Counted from the first letter of the stretch, positions 35,057-45,761 are shown. The stretch: 64,000 nt of DNA from Nitrospirota bacterium (GCA_963845245.1 CAWJRJ010000011.1:32001-96000), one strand, 5' to 3'. A program made the numbers and translations. The notes: generated by a model not told the origin, from the letters alone.

Positions 35057-36027
35057 GGCCGCGTTCCTCCCATGAACCTGCCGTCAATAAAGTAGCCTCC
35101 ATCGACGGGCTTCTGTATGAGGCCGTTGTCCAGCATGACCTTTGCCGTCTTGTCGGCAGTGGCGACAAGCCTCCTTCCGCCTCCGCTGAAGGCCTCCTGA
35201 TTGTCCTTCAATTTTAGAAGGTAAAGCCCCTTGTAGCTTTCAAGGGTCTGGTCGGCGCTCAGACCCAGCCTGTCGCTCATCCGCCGTGCCGCGTCGCGGG
35301 GGTCTTTATCAATATAATCGAGGGCAAGGAACCACCCGTCCAGGATGTATTTTATATCGCCCGGACGTTTTTCCAGAACCGAGCGGCGTACAACGAGGAC
35401 GTCTATGACTTCGCCCGGTATCCGGGAGCTGTCAAACAACAGCCTTGCGCCTGACCCGAGGAGCTCGGTGCGCACAGGCTCGAAGGTGACCACTGCATCG
35501 ACCTTGCCGGCATTGAACGCCTCAACATGCCCTGACACGTCTATCGGCACGACCACCACGTCCGCCGGAGACATGCCCGCAGATTGCAGGGCACGGGTCA
35601 GCATGAAGGACCCAAGTGCCGTGTTCTCAACCCCAACCCGCTTGCGCTTCAGGTCCCGAAGGTTTTGGATGTATGGCTTCCCCAAAACTACGTCGGCCCC
35701 ATTTGAGTAATCGATTACCAATATCATACTAAGGTCTTGAGTGTACTGTGACAGCAGGAGGGCCTCGTCCAGGGTGAGCGCTGCGGCGGCGATAGCCCCG
35801 TTCTGGAAGGCACGGATGACCTCGGTGGCGGACTTATACTCCACAAGCCTGACTCGGCTGTTGTCATAATATCCCAGTTGCCTGGAGAGGTAAAAAGGCT
35901 CGTAACCTGGCCAGACGTTGGTGCCGACTTTGACTGGCGGGCGCGGCTCCTGCATGCACGCGCCAAGGCAGCACGAGACCAGGATGGTACACAGAGAAAA
36001 TAGGATATACCGGCGAGTCCTATCCAT
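35053..36027 (-). CDS. NMT1/SsuA-like substrate-binding lipoprotein
   Basis: LGAC lipobox; WPGYEP, DYSNGAD, VDAVVTFEP; 4-nt ATGA overlap with the downstream gene. Confidence 0.8.
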   Translation of the reverse strand: MDRTRRYILFSLCTILVSCCLGACMQEPRPPVKVGTNVWPGYEPFYLSRQLGYYDNSRVRLVEYKSATEVIRAFQNGAIAAAALTLDEALLLSQYTQDLSMILVIDYSNGADVVLGKPYIQNLRDLKRKRVGVENTALGSFMLTRALQSAGMSPADVVVVPIDVSGHVEAFNAGKVDAVVTFEPVRTELLGSGARLLFDSSRIPGEVIDVLVVRRSVLEKRPGDIKYILDGWFLALDYIDKDPRDAARRMSDRLGLSADQTLESYKGLYLLKLKDNQEAFSGGGRRLVATADKTAKVMLDNGLIQKPVDGGYFIDGRFMGGTRP

Positions 36028-36070
36028 ACAGGATAGTATACCAAACTTAAAAGATGCCCGGGAGACCCAC

Positions 36071-36108
36071 AATAATGGCCACTTACGCTAACGTAAGTGG
36101 CCATTATT
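36071..36108. repeat. TTAC-N6-GTAA palindrome, copy 2
   Basis: AATAATGGCCACTTAC gctaac GTAAGTGGCCATTATT. Confidence 0.85.
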
Positions 36109-36132
36109 TTTAGTTTCCAAAGCGTTGATAAG

Positions 36133-38359
36133 TTATACAGGCATAATTCTAACGGGCAGGACAAGCCTGAAGGTGCTGCCCTTGCCGACTTCGCTCTCCA
36201 GCTCGACCCTTCCCCCGTGCGCCTCGGCCACAGCCTTCACGATGGCAAGGCCAAGGCCGGTACCGCTGATACCGGCGGTCCTCGGAGAGCGGTAGTATTT
36301 CTCAAATACCATCTCCTGCTCTTCCTTTTCTATACCAGGCCCGGTATCCGCAACGGATATCACGACAGCATCTTCATTGTTTATGGCTATCCTGTCCAGC
36401 CCAACTGTAATTGTCCCTCCCGGTGGAGTATAATTGAACGCATTTTGTATCAGGTTGTTGACTGCTCTCTGGATTAACTTCGGGTCTACCAGGATATTTG
36501 CCGTTACGCCGTCTGGAATCTGCACTCGCAGATCAAGCCCTTTCTTCCGGACGTCGTTTTCCAGCCCCGTACAGATATCCTTTAATATCTGGGTTATGTC
36601 GAACGGGACGGGGTGAACGGACAACTCGCCGGCATCCATTTTTGAAATAGCCAGGAAGTCCTCGATCATCCGGTTAAGCTTTCCGCCGCTTTTAACGATC
36701 GCGCGGACCATCTCCTTTGTATCAGGGTCCAGTTTTCCGGAAGGGTCTTCCAGTATCAGCTCGGAATAACCCAGCATGGCGGCCAGGGGCGATTTTATGT
36801 CGTGCGTCACCATGGCATAGAAGTCGGCTTTCTTCTGTTCGAGTTTTTTCCTTTCCCTGATGTCGCGCGCAATGCCCACGGTACCCAACAGTTCGCCTTT
36901 GTCGTTGTATATCGGGGACTTTATAGTCTCCGCAAATATTCCGTTTCCATCCCTCCCGACTATCTGCTCTTCAACCACCTTCTGCCTGCCGGAACGTATG
37001 GTTTCCTGGTCATCCGCCATGTATTTCTGGGCCAATTCGGTTGACCATAGATGAAGGTCGGTTTTTCCGATTATGTCCTCGGGACTTAAGCCGCATGTCT
37101 TGCCAAATGATTCATTTACGGCCTCATATCTGCCATCTACGTCCTTTAACCACGCTATATCAGGGATGTTGTCTATTATGGATTTAAGCCTGTTCTCGCT
37201 GTCGCGCAGTTCGTCACGAGACGCGGTGATATTCTTAAGGCTGTCTGGTCATACGGTCGAACGCCCTTGAAAGCTGGCCGATCTCGTCACTGGCGGAGGT
37301 GCCGACCTTATAGCCAAGGTTGCCGGAGCCGATTATTTCAGTCCCCTTACGAAGCTCTATTATTGGTTTCGTAATATATCTGGAGGTAACAAAGACAGCG
37401 ATGGCCCCAATGGCAATGATTATTGCCGTCAGTAAAATGGCAAGGCGTTCCAGTCGGCGCACCGGCAGAAATGCCTCGGATGCGTCTATTTTTACCACCA
37501 GCCCCCAGTCAAGCAAGGGTAGGTATCTCCATGCTGCAACCACCTCCCTGCCACGGTAATCAACCGTGATCCCTGCGCCGCTCTTGCCTTGGGCAGCCAT
37601 CTGGAGCGGCAGGGCAACATCCGAGCCGATAACGATCTTCCTATTCAGTGCCGCATCCTGATCATGGCTGAGCGGGTTTAATATCCTTATCTCATTGCCC
37701 ATTTTCTTGCAGATAAGTCGTCTCGCCCGTCTTGCCAAGGCCGGCTGCGTCCTGGATGGAATCATAGAATTCATCCATCTTCTTGTCTAAGGCTACTACT
37801 CCTATAAACTTCCCGTCAAAATCGTGTAGTGGTGCCGCTATAATCATGCTGGCATTGTTGTAATCGTACTTCGTTTTTGAAGATATCGCTGAAATAGATC
37901 CCCTTTCTTCCGTCTTCAAAGGCATCCCTTTCAAGTTCTGACAAGGGTCTTCCGAGGTGTTTTGCCTGATGGGCTTCATTTGTCGCATAGACGATCTTCC
38001 CTTCCTGGTCGGTAAGGATGACGTCGGTATACCCAAGGTCATGGAAGGGTTTCAGTCGTGCATCCAACAGCTTTTTGGCGTCGATGTAGGCAGGGTGAGG
38101 TCTTGGCGTTGAAGTGTTTACTGATTACCGGCAGATACTTTTTGACCATGAAGAAGTGCTGAAAGGATTTTATATCTATTTCCCGTTCGGTGATGAACGT
38201 ATCGATTTTGTCGTGTTTCAGGGCGGCTATATTCGTTACTTCTTCAACCCTCAACTTCTTAAGCGATTCCTTGGTGTTCAAAAAGAAAAGGGCGGCAACG
38301 ATCATCGTTGAGATGATAATTGCCAGGAAAATTGTTATGAGCTTTGTCCTTATAGACAT
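36133..38359 (-). CDS. Cache-HAMP-PAS histidine kinase (several frameshifts)
   Basis: Fragments from MSIRTKL to THDIKSPL/GTGLGL; N-terminal part paralogous to the gene starting at 20249. Confidence 0.75.
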
Positions 38360-38532
38360 GCCCCCCCTATTATGCCTGCTCCTGAAATCTGTCTCTCAGG
38401 GGTGCCGGCTCCCAAGTCGTTACAATATTAAATACTATCACCTAAACTTTCTTTAGTCTATGAAAACCTGATTATGAAGCCGGTCTGATAATTCTGTTGT
38501 TTTCAACAGATTAACCAATGCGAATAAGTAAA

Positions 38533-38560
38533 TTGACTCTGGCCCTGTAACTGGTACAAT
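38533..38560 (+). promoter_or_regulatory. Sigma70-type promoter
   Basis: TTGACT-16 bp-TACAAT with TG extended -10. Confidence 0.55.
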
Positions 38561-38605
38561 TACTAAAGGCGAACTTACAATGAGGCCCTGGGGATAATAC
38601 TGTTT

Positions 38606-39391
38606 ATGCCGAGCAATGATCAAATACCTTTTGTTTCCGTTATCATCCCTTGCTACAACGAAGAAAAAAACCTGAAAAAGGGGGTGTTGGAGGAGGTCCG
38701 CCAGTATCTCGCAAAACAGGCGTACCCCTGGGAAGTCATTATCGTCAATGACGAGTCAACGGACAACAGCAAATATTTAATCGGGCAGTTTATCTCAGAC
38801 AAGCCAGCATTTTCCCTTTTTGATATCCCCCACGGCGGGAAACCTGCGGCGGTCTGGGCCGGGATCGAGAAGGCAAAAGGGGAAATAGTGCTGTTTATAG
38901 ATATGGACCAGTCAACGCCTATCAATGAACTCGGCAGACTGCTCCCATGGTATGAACGGGGTTTCGATATAGTAATAGGTTCACGGGGCAGCGTACGCAG
39001 CGGATATTCCTTTCTGAGAAAGGCAGGAAGCTTCGTGTTCCTCAACTTTCGCCGCCTGTTCCTTCTTCATAATATCCACGATACACAGTGCGGCTTCAAG
39101 TCTGCCAGACGTCAGGCGGCGCTGGAAATATTCCCTCGCCTCCAGTTTTTTGAAGTTGCCGAAAGGCCTACGGGCTGGAAGGTCACGGCATACGACGTCG
39201 AACTCCTGTATTTATTTGAACGGGCCGGGTACCGTATAAAGGAAGTGGACGTGGACTGGTTCAACCGCGATGAAAGCGACACCAAGGGTAAAAAAGGAGA
39301 ACTGGGGCGATATATCCACGAGTCGGTAGATATGGTCAAGGAACTCATCAAAATAAAGCTTCGCCAGCTCAGGGGCGGTTACAATAAATAA
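38606..39391 (+). CDS. GT2 polyprenol-phosphate hexosyltransferase-like protein
   Basis: SVIIPCYNE, VNDESTD, DMD, DTQCGFK, YDVELL. Confidence 0.85.
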   Translation: MPSNDQIPFVSVIIPCYNEEKNLKKGVLEEVRQYLAKQAYPWEVIIVNDESTDNSKYLIGQFISDKPAFSLFDIPHGGKPAAVWAGIEKAKGEIVLFIDMDQSTPINELGRLLPWYERGFDIVIGSRGSVRSGYSFLRKAGSFVFLNFRRLFLLHNIHDTQCGFKSARRQAALEIFPRLQFFEVAERPTGWKVTAYDVELLYLFERAGYRIKEVDVDWFNRDESDTKGKKGELGRYIHESVDMVKELIKIKLRQLRGGYNK

Positions 39392-39402
39392 CGAGGCACG
39401 CT

Positions 39403-41253
39403 CTAGAAATACCAGCTCTTGAGCCACTTCAGGTGCTCTATGTACCCCTGGCTAACCTCCATCCCTGAAAGTGCTGGATAGAATACCACGAACAAAACCG
39501 CAACAGCCGCCAGATAAATATACGCTATATAGCGCCATCCCCTGTATTTCTCGGCCATGCTTTTCAGCACGTAGACGATGGAGAGTATCACGAACGGCAG
39601 TACCGGGAAAAAATGATAGATGAAGGCTATCCTCGACACCAGGACCCACGGAAGATAGAGCGATACCAAGGCAATAAAGACGGCCAGCATATTCCTGTCG
39701 CGCCTTTCAGCCGCGATCCCGGCTGCGAAAACTACCGCCGGTATCCCTACCCACCAGATGGCGGGGTTCCCGAACGTTGCTATAGTGGACGCCATGCCGG
39801 CCGGCATATCAGAACCCATATAAAACCATACGGGTTTCACCATCAATGGCCATTGCCACCAGCTGGACTGGAACGGGTGGGTCGCCACAAGGGTCTTGTG
39901 GTAGTGGTACATGTTCTCCATCAGGCTTGGGATATCTGTCAGCCCATGGCCGGGTCCCGGCACCAGCATGAAGGGGATGTACGAGATGATATAAATGACG
40001 ACCGGGATAGCCACGAAAAAGAGTACGCAGTAAAAGAGCGTCCCGAACAGGTATTTGGATACAAAGTCATTAAGCCAGGGCGCATGGCTGCCCTTCTCCA
40101 TCAGGCTCCGGTAGTCCTTGTATTCGCCGTATTTGGCAAGGAAAAAGAGCAAGGCAAGGCCCGGGACGCCGTATACCGCATTCCATTTGGTCGCTGCTCC
40201 GAGGCCGAAGAACAACCCGCTAAGAAACAGCGGCTTCAGCGATTCCTTGTAACCTGTCTGGTAAGACCTGACCGAAAAGTAATCATACATAAAATAGAAC
40301 ATCAGGAGCGAGAAGAACGTCACGTAACTGTCGACGGTGGCTATCCTGGTCAGCGTAAAATGCATGAAGTCGAACATCATGAGGAACGCGGCCGCAAATG
40401 CATAGAACCTGTCGCCGAACAACCTTTTCCCGAATATGTACATGGCGGGAAGCAACATTACTCCAAAGAACGTCCCGACTATGCGCCAGCCGAACGGTAC
40501 CATACCGAATACGAGTATTCCGAGGGCTATCAGGTCCTTGCCGAGGGGAGGGTGGACCGTCTCGAACGGTTCGATGCGGTGTATGTGCTCATAGGCTGTC
40601 CTGGCGTGGTAGATCTCGTCAAATATCATGTCAGAAAGGTAAGAAGGCCTGTATTCGAAACTATTCTGTTCGTCGAACAGGTTGGTCACCTTGCCCTCGT
40701 CCCCTGGGTCGGTGTTATTGGCGGTAACCAAAAACCCTGTTATGGGCGCCTTGCTGTCACGCTCGACAAACGCAAGCTCGTTCAACGTGCCTCCCGGCGC
40801 CTCCACTGTCAGCTTTATCCGGTCCGTCAATACAGGCGGAGTGCTCAGGTACTTCCAAGTGAATATTTCTTTCTTGTCTATCACCGCAAGTGGGTAGTAG
40901 TTGCCGACCCCATCCATGAAATCGAGCCTGTACCTTCCGGACGCCTCCCTTCCGTCTCCAAGGCCTGCGTAATAATATACACGCGATATGACCCTGGGCC
41001 GGTCAAGCTTGACTACGAAACTCTCGCCCGCCTTGACAGGTTTCCATCCGGTCTTCGGGACGTCCAGCCGTCCGAGGTTGACCAGCGCGACGACCAGATA
41101 TACGGCCGTCATCACAGCCATAATGATATAATCCGTGCGGTCTAGAAGCGGTTTCTTTGAAGATTGGGCTGGCTGGGCCACCTTCATATCATCTTTTGAG
41201 GCAGACAGGGTCTCTTTTATTTTTACGCTTTCTGGTTGGGATTTTTTGCGCAT
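39403..41253 (-). CDS. Lipid-carrier-dependent protein O-mannosyltransferase (PMT/GT39-like)
   Basis: FDEIYH, HPPLGK, FGWR, ATKW, HPFQSSWWQWP, GNPAIWW, FIYHF. Confidence 0.85.
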   Translation of the reverse strand: MRKKSQPESVKIKETLSASKDDMKVAQPAQSSKKPLLDRTDYIIMAVMTAVYLVVALVNLGRLDVPKTGWKPVKAGESFVVKLDRPRVISRVYYYAGLGDGREASGRYRLDFMDGVGNYYPLAVIDKKEIFTWKYLSTPPVLTDRIKLTVEAPGGTLNELAFVERDSKAPITGFLVTANNTDPGDEGKVTNLFDEQNSFEYRPSYLSDMIFDEIYHARTAYEHIHRIEPFETVHPPLGKDLIALGILVFGMVPFGWRIVGTFFGVMLLPAMYIFGKRLFGDRFYAFAAAFLMMFDFMHFTLTRIATVDSYVTFFSLLMFYFMYDYFSVRSYQTGYKESLKPLFLSGLFFGLGAATKWNAVYGVPGLALLFFLAKYGEYKDYRSLMEKGSHAPWLNDFVSKYLFGTLFYCVLFFVAIPVVIYIISYIPFMLVPGPGHGLTDIPSLMENMYHYHKTLVATHPFQSSWWQWPLMVKPVWFYMGSDMPAGMASTIATFGNPAIWWVGIPAVVFAAGIAAERRDRNMLAVFIALVSLYLPWVLVSRIAFIYHFFPVLPFVILSIVYVLKSMAEKYRGWRYIAYIYLAAVAVLFVVFYPALSGMEVSQGYIEHLKWLKSWYF

Positions 41254-41375
41254 TTTCGTACCTTTAGGTTTAAATAATTACCCGGTTATCGTATTGGGCT
41301 ATATATAAAAGTATACAATATACGGAGCTGGGATGCTTTAATAATTTGAGGGCGGCAACCAGACAAGGGCAGCCA

Positions 41376-43271
41376 TTACCATTTTGGGATAGTGCGGATT
41401 TGAGGCTCAAGTGGCAGGTAGAGCTTGAATTTGCTACCCTTCCCTACTTCGCTTTCGAGTTCAACCTGACCTCCGTGTTCCTCGGCCACGGCCTTCACGA
41501 TAGCCAGGCCTAGCCCGCAGCCTTTTACGCCTTTGACGGTTTTGGAGCGGTAATATTTTTCAAAAACCTTTTCCTGCTCATCGGCAGGTATACCACCGCC
41601 TTCGTCTGTCACGCAGATAAGCACGCAGTCCTCTCCCCCGCGCGCGCAAGTCCCCGCCGACAGCTTTATGGAGTTACCGGAAGGAGTGTAATTAACGGCG
41701 TTTTGCAGCAGGTTGGTCACCGCGCTGAGCACGTGCAGCCTGTCGACGCCAACGTGAGGCAGTCCGTCAGGCAATTCCAGGTCGAACGTCAAACCTTTGC
41801 TTTTAGCCAGTTGAGAGATACCGAGCGATGCATCCCCAAGCAGCTCTGTAATATCGGCTTTTTCCCTGTCAGGTTTTGCGCCGCCAGATTCGATATTGGA
41901 TATGATCAACTGGTCGTCGAGCATCTTGCTCAGTTTTTTTGCGCCGGCATAGATGAAGCCGATCATGGCAACGATATCATGGCCCAGCGTGCCTTTGCCT
42001 TCCGACAGGACCAGCTCGGCATTGCCGGTTATTACATTTAGCGGCGTCTTCATATCATGCCTTAGCATCTCGAGCAAACCTTCTTTTTGACTTTCCAGAG
42101 CCTTCCGTTCTGTGATATCCTGTACCGTACCCAGTATCCTGAATGGCTTGCCTCCTTCACCCGGCTTCAACTTCCCGTATCCGAATATCGTCCTGACGGA
42201 GCCGTCCCTTTTGATTATACGCGCCTCGAATTCGAGCGGCCGTTCTCCCTTTTTGGCCTCTGCGACGAGTGTAGCAACGCGCTCTTTGTCTTCAGGGTGT
42301 ATAAAATCAAGGAAGGATTTATAGGTGCCCCCGAATTCGTTGGGCAAAACGCCGAAAATGTTATAAAGGCCTGCGGACCAATAGACCTCGTCACTTTCGA
42401 TCAGCCACTCCCAGCTTCCGAATTTGGCTATAAGCTCGCCCTCTGCAAGCCTTGCCTCGCTTTTGCGCAGGGCCTCCTCAGCTTTTTTGCGCTCGGTTAA
42501 GTCTCTAACTATAGCCTGAACATAAGTCTTGTCTTTCAGGTCGAGCCTGTTCAGCGACACTTCCACATCAAAAGGGGTCCCGTCCTTACGCTTCGGTCTC
42601 CAGTAGAATTTTTGCGGCACGCCGTTCAAGGCTGCCTTAATGTGCCTAAGCGCCTTCTCTTCCGAGCTTTCGCCGTCCGGCTGGAAGGGAGGCGCAAACT
42701 CCGTGGGTGGATGGCCTATTATGTCACTTTTTCCTTCATAGCCATACATCTCCACGCCCCTCGAATTGCAGTCCACAAAGACAGGCCCCTCCGTGAGGAA
42801 TATGCCGTCTTCCGCGGATTCGAACAAAATCCGGAACCTTTCTTCACTCTCCTGAAGGGCCGCCTCGGCGAACGACTTCGAACGCTCGGCCCTGTTCTTT
42901 CTCACTGACTGTTCGACTGTATTTATTATCCTTGCAAAATGGGAGAAACCCGCATCCTTGGTAAAATAGTCACAGGCACCGTTCTTGAAGGCCTCGCTAG
43001 CCACCTCCTCGCTGCCCTGCGCCGTCATGAATATAAAAGGGATGTCGTTTCCCTGCGACCTGATAGCTTTCAAGAGTTCCAAGCCGGTCATCCCTGACAT
43101 CTGATAGTCCGAAAGGATGCAGTCCACATCGTGGGAGTCCAGGTACTGAAGGCATTCCTCTCCGCTTTCGACAGCGACGATAGTGAAATGTCTGGACTCT
43201 GCACGAAACCCTCGAGCGATTATATCGCTTACCTCGGGCTCGTCGTCAACTATCAATAAACTCAGGTTCAT
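41376..43271 (-). CDS. REC-PAS-PAS hybrid histidine kinase
   Basis: DCILSDYQM receiver; RHDMKTPL; GCGLGL. Confidence 0.9.
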   Translation of the reverse strand: MNLSLLIVDDEPEVSDIIARGFRAESRHFTIVAVESGEECLQYLDSHDVDCILSDYQMSGMTGLELLKAIRSQGNDIPFIFMTAQGSEEVASEAFKNGACDYFTKDAGFSHFARIINTVEQSVRKNRAERSKSFAEAALQESEERFRILFESAEDGIFLTEGPVFVDCNSRGVEMYGYEGKSDIIGHPPTEFAPPFQPDGESSEEKALRHIKAALNGVPQKFYWRPKRKDGTPFDVEVSLNRLDLKDKTYVQAIVRDLTERKKAEEALRKSEARLAEGELIAKFGSWEWLIESDEVYWSAGLYNIFGVLPNEFGGTYKSFLDFIHPEDKERVATLVAEAKKGERPLEFEARIIKRDGSVRTIFGYGKLKPGEGGKPFRILGTVQDITERKALESQKEGLLEMLRHDMKTPLNVITGNAELVLSEGKGTLGHDIVAMIGFIYAGAKKLSKMLDDQLIISNIESGGAKPDREKADITELLGDASLGISQLAKSKGLTFDLELPDGLPHVGVDRLHVLSAVTNLLQNAVNYTPSGNSIKLSAGTCARGGEDCVLICVTDEGGGIPADEQEKVFEKYYRSKTVKGVKGCGLGLAIVKAVAEEHGGQVELESEVGKGSKFKLYLPLEPQIRTIPKW

Positions 43272-43423
43272 TTTAAGCCTCAGGGATGATTGACAGCCTG
43301 GGACATGGCAATTTTGACTGATTATACCACATAGCGATAATTGTGTATTTTTTCATTTTGAGAAGGTACTGGGTACTGCACACAGGGAAAAGCCGCTTGC
43401 AGCAGGATTGATATTACAAGAGA

Positions 43424-45634
43424 TCAGTTCACTGGCAGTATCAGTCTGAAGGTGCTCCCCTTCCCAACCTCGCTTTCGAGTTCCACGCGGCCGCCATGAG
43501 CTTCTGCCGCGCTTTTTACGATGAAGAGACCGAGCCCGGTACCTTTTATATCCCTGTTCGAGGACGAGCGGTAATACTTTCCGAACACCTTGTTCTGTTC
43601 TTCCGGAGGTATCCCACGCCCGGTGTCCGCCACCGAAAACACAATAAAGTCTTTGCCGTCCCATGCCCTTCTATCCACACCCACAGTAACCGCACCACCT
43701 GCGGCGGTATAGTTCACCGCGTTCTGGACCAGGTTGTACACCGCCCGGTGTATAAGCTTCTGGTCCATGAGGACCAGGGAGGTCATGGCTTCAGGACCGT
43801 GCATCTTCATCACTATGCCTTTTGCCTGCGCGGCCTTTCCCAGCCCCAACAATACCTCTTTGATCACCGAATTAATGTCGTGGGGATAGGGGAGGAGATT
43901 CAGGTTTCCTGCCTCGATACGCGAGATGGCAATAAAATCCTCGAAAAGCCCCACAAGCTTACCGCAACTACTGCTGATGGAATCTACAATGGGAGCTACA
44001 CGCTTTCCCTGCATCTCTGGCATTTCGGTTAGCATGTCCACGTTACCAAGTATTGCGGTAAGGGGTGATTTAATGTCATGGGTTACCATCGCGTAAAAGT
44101 CGGCCCTCTGCCGGTCAAGCTCTTTCTTTTCGGTTATATCCCTGGCAATGCCCGTCAAGCCGATAATAACACCTGCGTCATTGAACACCGGTGTCTTGAT
44201 CGTATCTATCACCACTGTGTTCCCGTCTTTCGTAATGTGAGGCTCTTCAAACAACGACCGCTTGCCGGATTTGATGGTCTCCGAATCGGTTTCTCCGCAT
44301 TTATCGGCAAACTCCCTGTCGAAAAAATCATACTCGGTTTTTCCAATAATATCACCCGGCCGGAGCCCGATGGCGTTGGCCAATACTTCATTTACGGCGA
44401 TAAACCTTCCCTCCACATCTTTAAGCCAGGCCATGAATGGTACGTTGTCAAGGATCGCCTTTTGCAGACGGAGGCTCGTTGCCAATACCTCCTCAGCCCT
44501 TTTGTGTTCAGTGATATCGCGCCAGATTGTATGAAAAACCGTCTGCCCTGATAAGACCATCACCTGCGTGATCACATGAACGTCTCTTACTTCGCCGTCT
44601 TTGGTTATATGCCTGACATCAAACTCAGCCTTGCCTTTATCCAGCAAACAGTCCAGGCTGCCCTGTATTTCTTCCGGACTCTCGACCGGGTCGATATCTG
44701 CGATCCCAAGTTTTGCGAATTCCTCCCTTGAATATCCAAGCTGTGAATGTGCCGCTTCGTTGAATTCGATGAAGTTACCTTTGTCGTCCATGATCAAAAT
44801 ACCGTCGGGAGATTGGTCGAAGACTGTGCGGTAGCGGACCTCGGCCTCTTGGAGGTTATGCTCATACAGCTTACGCTTGGTGATATCGTGGACCACTGCC
44901 ACCATGTAGTCTTTTTCGCCAATGGTCGTGTATGTGACGTTCACCTCGACCGGAAACGATGCGCCTTCACTGCGCATTTGTTTCCCTTCAAATATTAGAT
45001 GTCCTTTGGCTTTCAATTCGTCGACGTGGGCGTCCCATGAGGCCTGGTCCTGAAAATTACTTTCTATATCGCGGGCCCTGAGGGTAAGCAATTTCCCCCT
45101 GTCATACCCCAGGCTGCTGCACGCCTTGTCGTTGACGAACAAAAACCTGCCCGTCGGAGGGTCGGTCACAAATATGGCCTCGCTAGTGCGGTCTAGAAGG
45201 TTCCTGAAGAGCAGCAAGGACTCATCCGCCATTTGCTTTGAACTTTCCGCATGGCGGTGCCTGACCGCCTGGACGACAGAGTTTATTATCCTGGCGAAAT
45301 GTGCGAAGCCTATGTCTTTCGTGAAGTAGTCGTACGCCCCGTTCTTGAAGGCGTCCCTTGCCACCTCTTCGTTGCCTTGGCCGGTCAGAAAGATAAACGG
45401 GATTTTATTGCCCCGGCTCCTTAGCTCAAGGAGAAGCTCCATCCCGTCCATATCGGGCATCTGGTAGTCGGACAATATGCAATCTACCTTGTTGTCTTTG
45501 AGGTACTCCAGGCACTGAACGCCGCCTTCCACAAAATGGAACGTCATCTCGGAGGCTTCCCTGGCAAGCTTCATTTTCATAAGCGTACCGATGTCGGCGT
45601 CGTCGTCCACAAGAAGTATGCTCAAAGGCTCCAA
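43424..45634 (-). CDS. REC-PAS x3 hybrid histidine kinase
   Basis: DCILSDYQMP; THDIKSPL; GTGLGL. Confidence 0.9.
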   Translation of the reverse strand: MEPLSILLVDDDADIGTLMKMKLAREASEMTFHFVEGGVQCLEYLKDNKVDCILSDYQMPDMDGMELLLELRSRGNKIPFIFLTGQGNEEVARDAFKNGAYDYFTKDIGFAHFARIINSVVQAVRHRHAESSKQMADESLLLFRNLLDRTSEAIFVTDPPTGRFLFVNDKACSSLGYDRGKLLTLRARDIESNFQDQASWDAHVDELKAKGHLIFEGKQMRSEGASFPVEVNVTYTTIGEKDYMVAVVHDITKRKLYEHNLQEAEVRYRTVFDQSPDGILIMDDKGNFIEFNEAAHSQLGYSREEFAKLGIADIDPVESPEEIQGSLDCLLDKGKAEFDVRHITKDGEVRDVHVITQVMVLSGQTVFHTIWRDITEHKRAEEVLATSLRLQKAILDNVPFMAWLKDVEGRFIAVNEVLANAIGLRPGDIIGKTEYDFFDREFADKCGETDSETIKSGKRSLFEEPHITKDGNTVVIDTIKTPVFNDAGVIIGLTGIARDITEKKELDRQRADFYAMVTHDIKSPLTAILGNVDMLTEMPEMQGKRVAPIVDSISSSCGKLVGLFEDFIAISRIEAGNLNLLPYPHDINSVIKEVLLGLGKAAQAKGIVMKMHGPEAMTSLVLMDQKLIHRAVYNLVQNAVNYTAAGGAVTVGVDRRAWDGKDFIVFSVADTGRGIPPEEQNKVFGKYYRSSSNRDIKGTGLGLFIVKSAAEAHGGRVELESEVGKGSTFRLILPVN

Positions 45635-45761
45635 TCCATCTCCTCCAAAAACCCGTTTACATGAAATGTATCATTTTCTTTCCGATACAAAAAGTAAAAA
45701 ATGATATTATGGCATTGCATATTATCAGGAAGATACTAATGAACTCGGGATTACAAAATAA

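Noticed and set aside
38491..38510. TCTGTTG-TTTT-CAACAGA palindrome in the divergent intergenic region
   Set aside because: Single short occurrence; no assignable factor
39613..41145. 510-aa plus-strand ORF
   Set aside because: Antisense shadow of the PMT gene; no motifs
43367..43385. AAAAGCCGCTTGC possible sixth palindrome copy
   Set aside because: Only a half-site; no inverted arm
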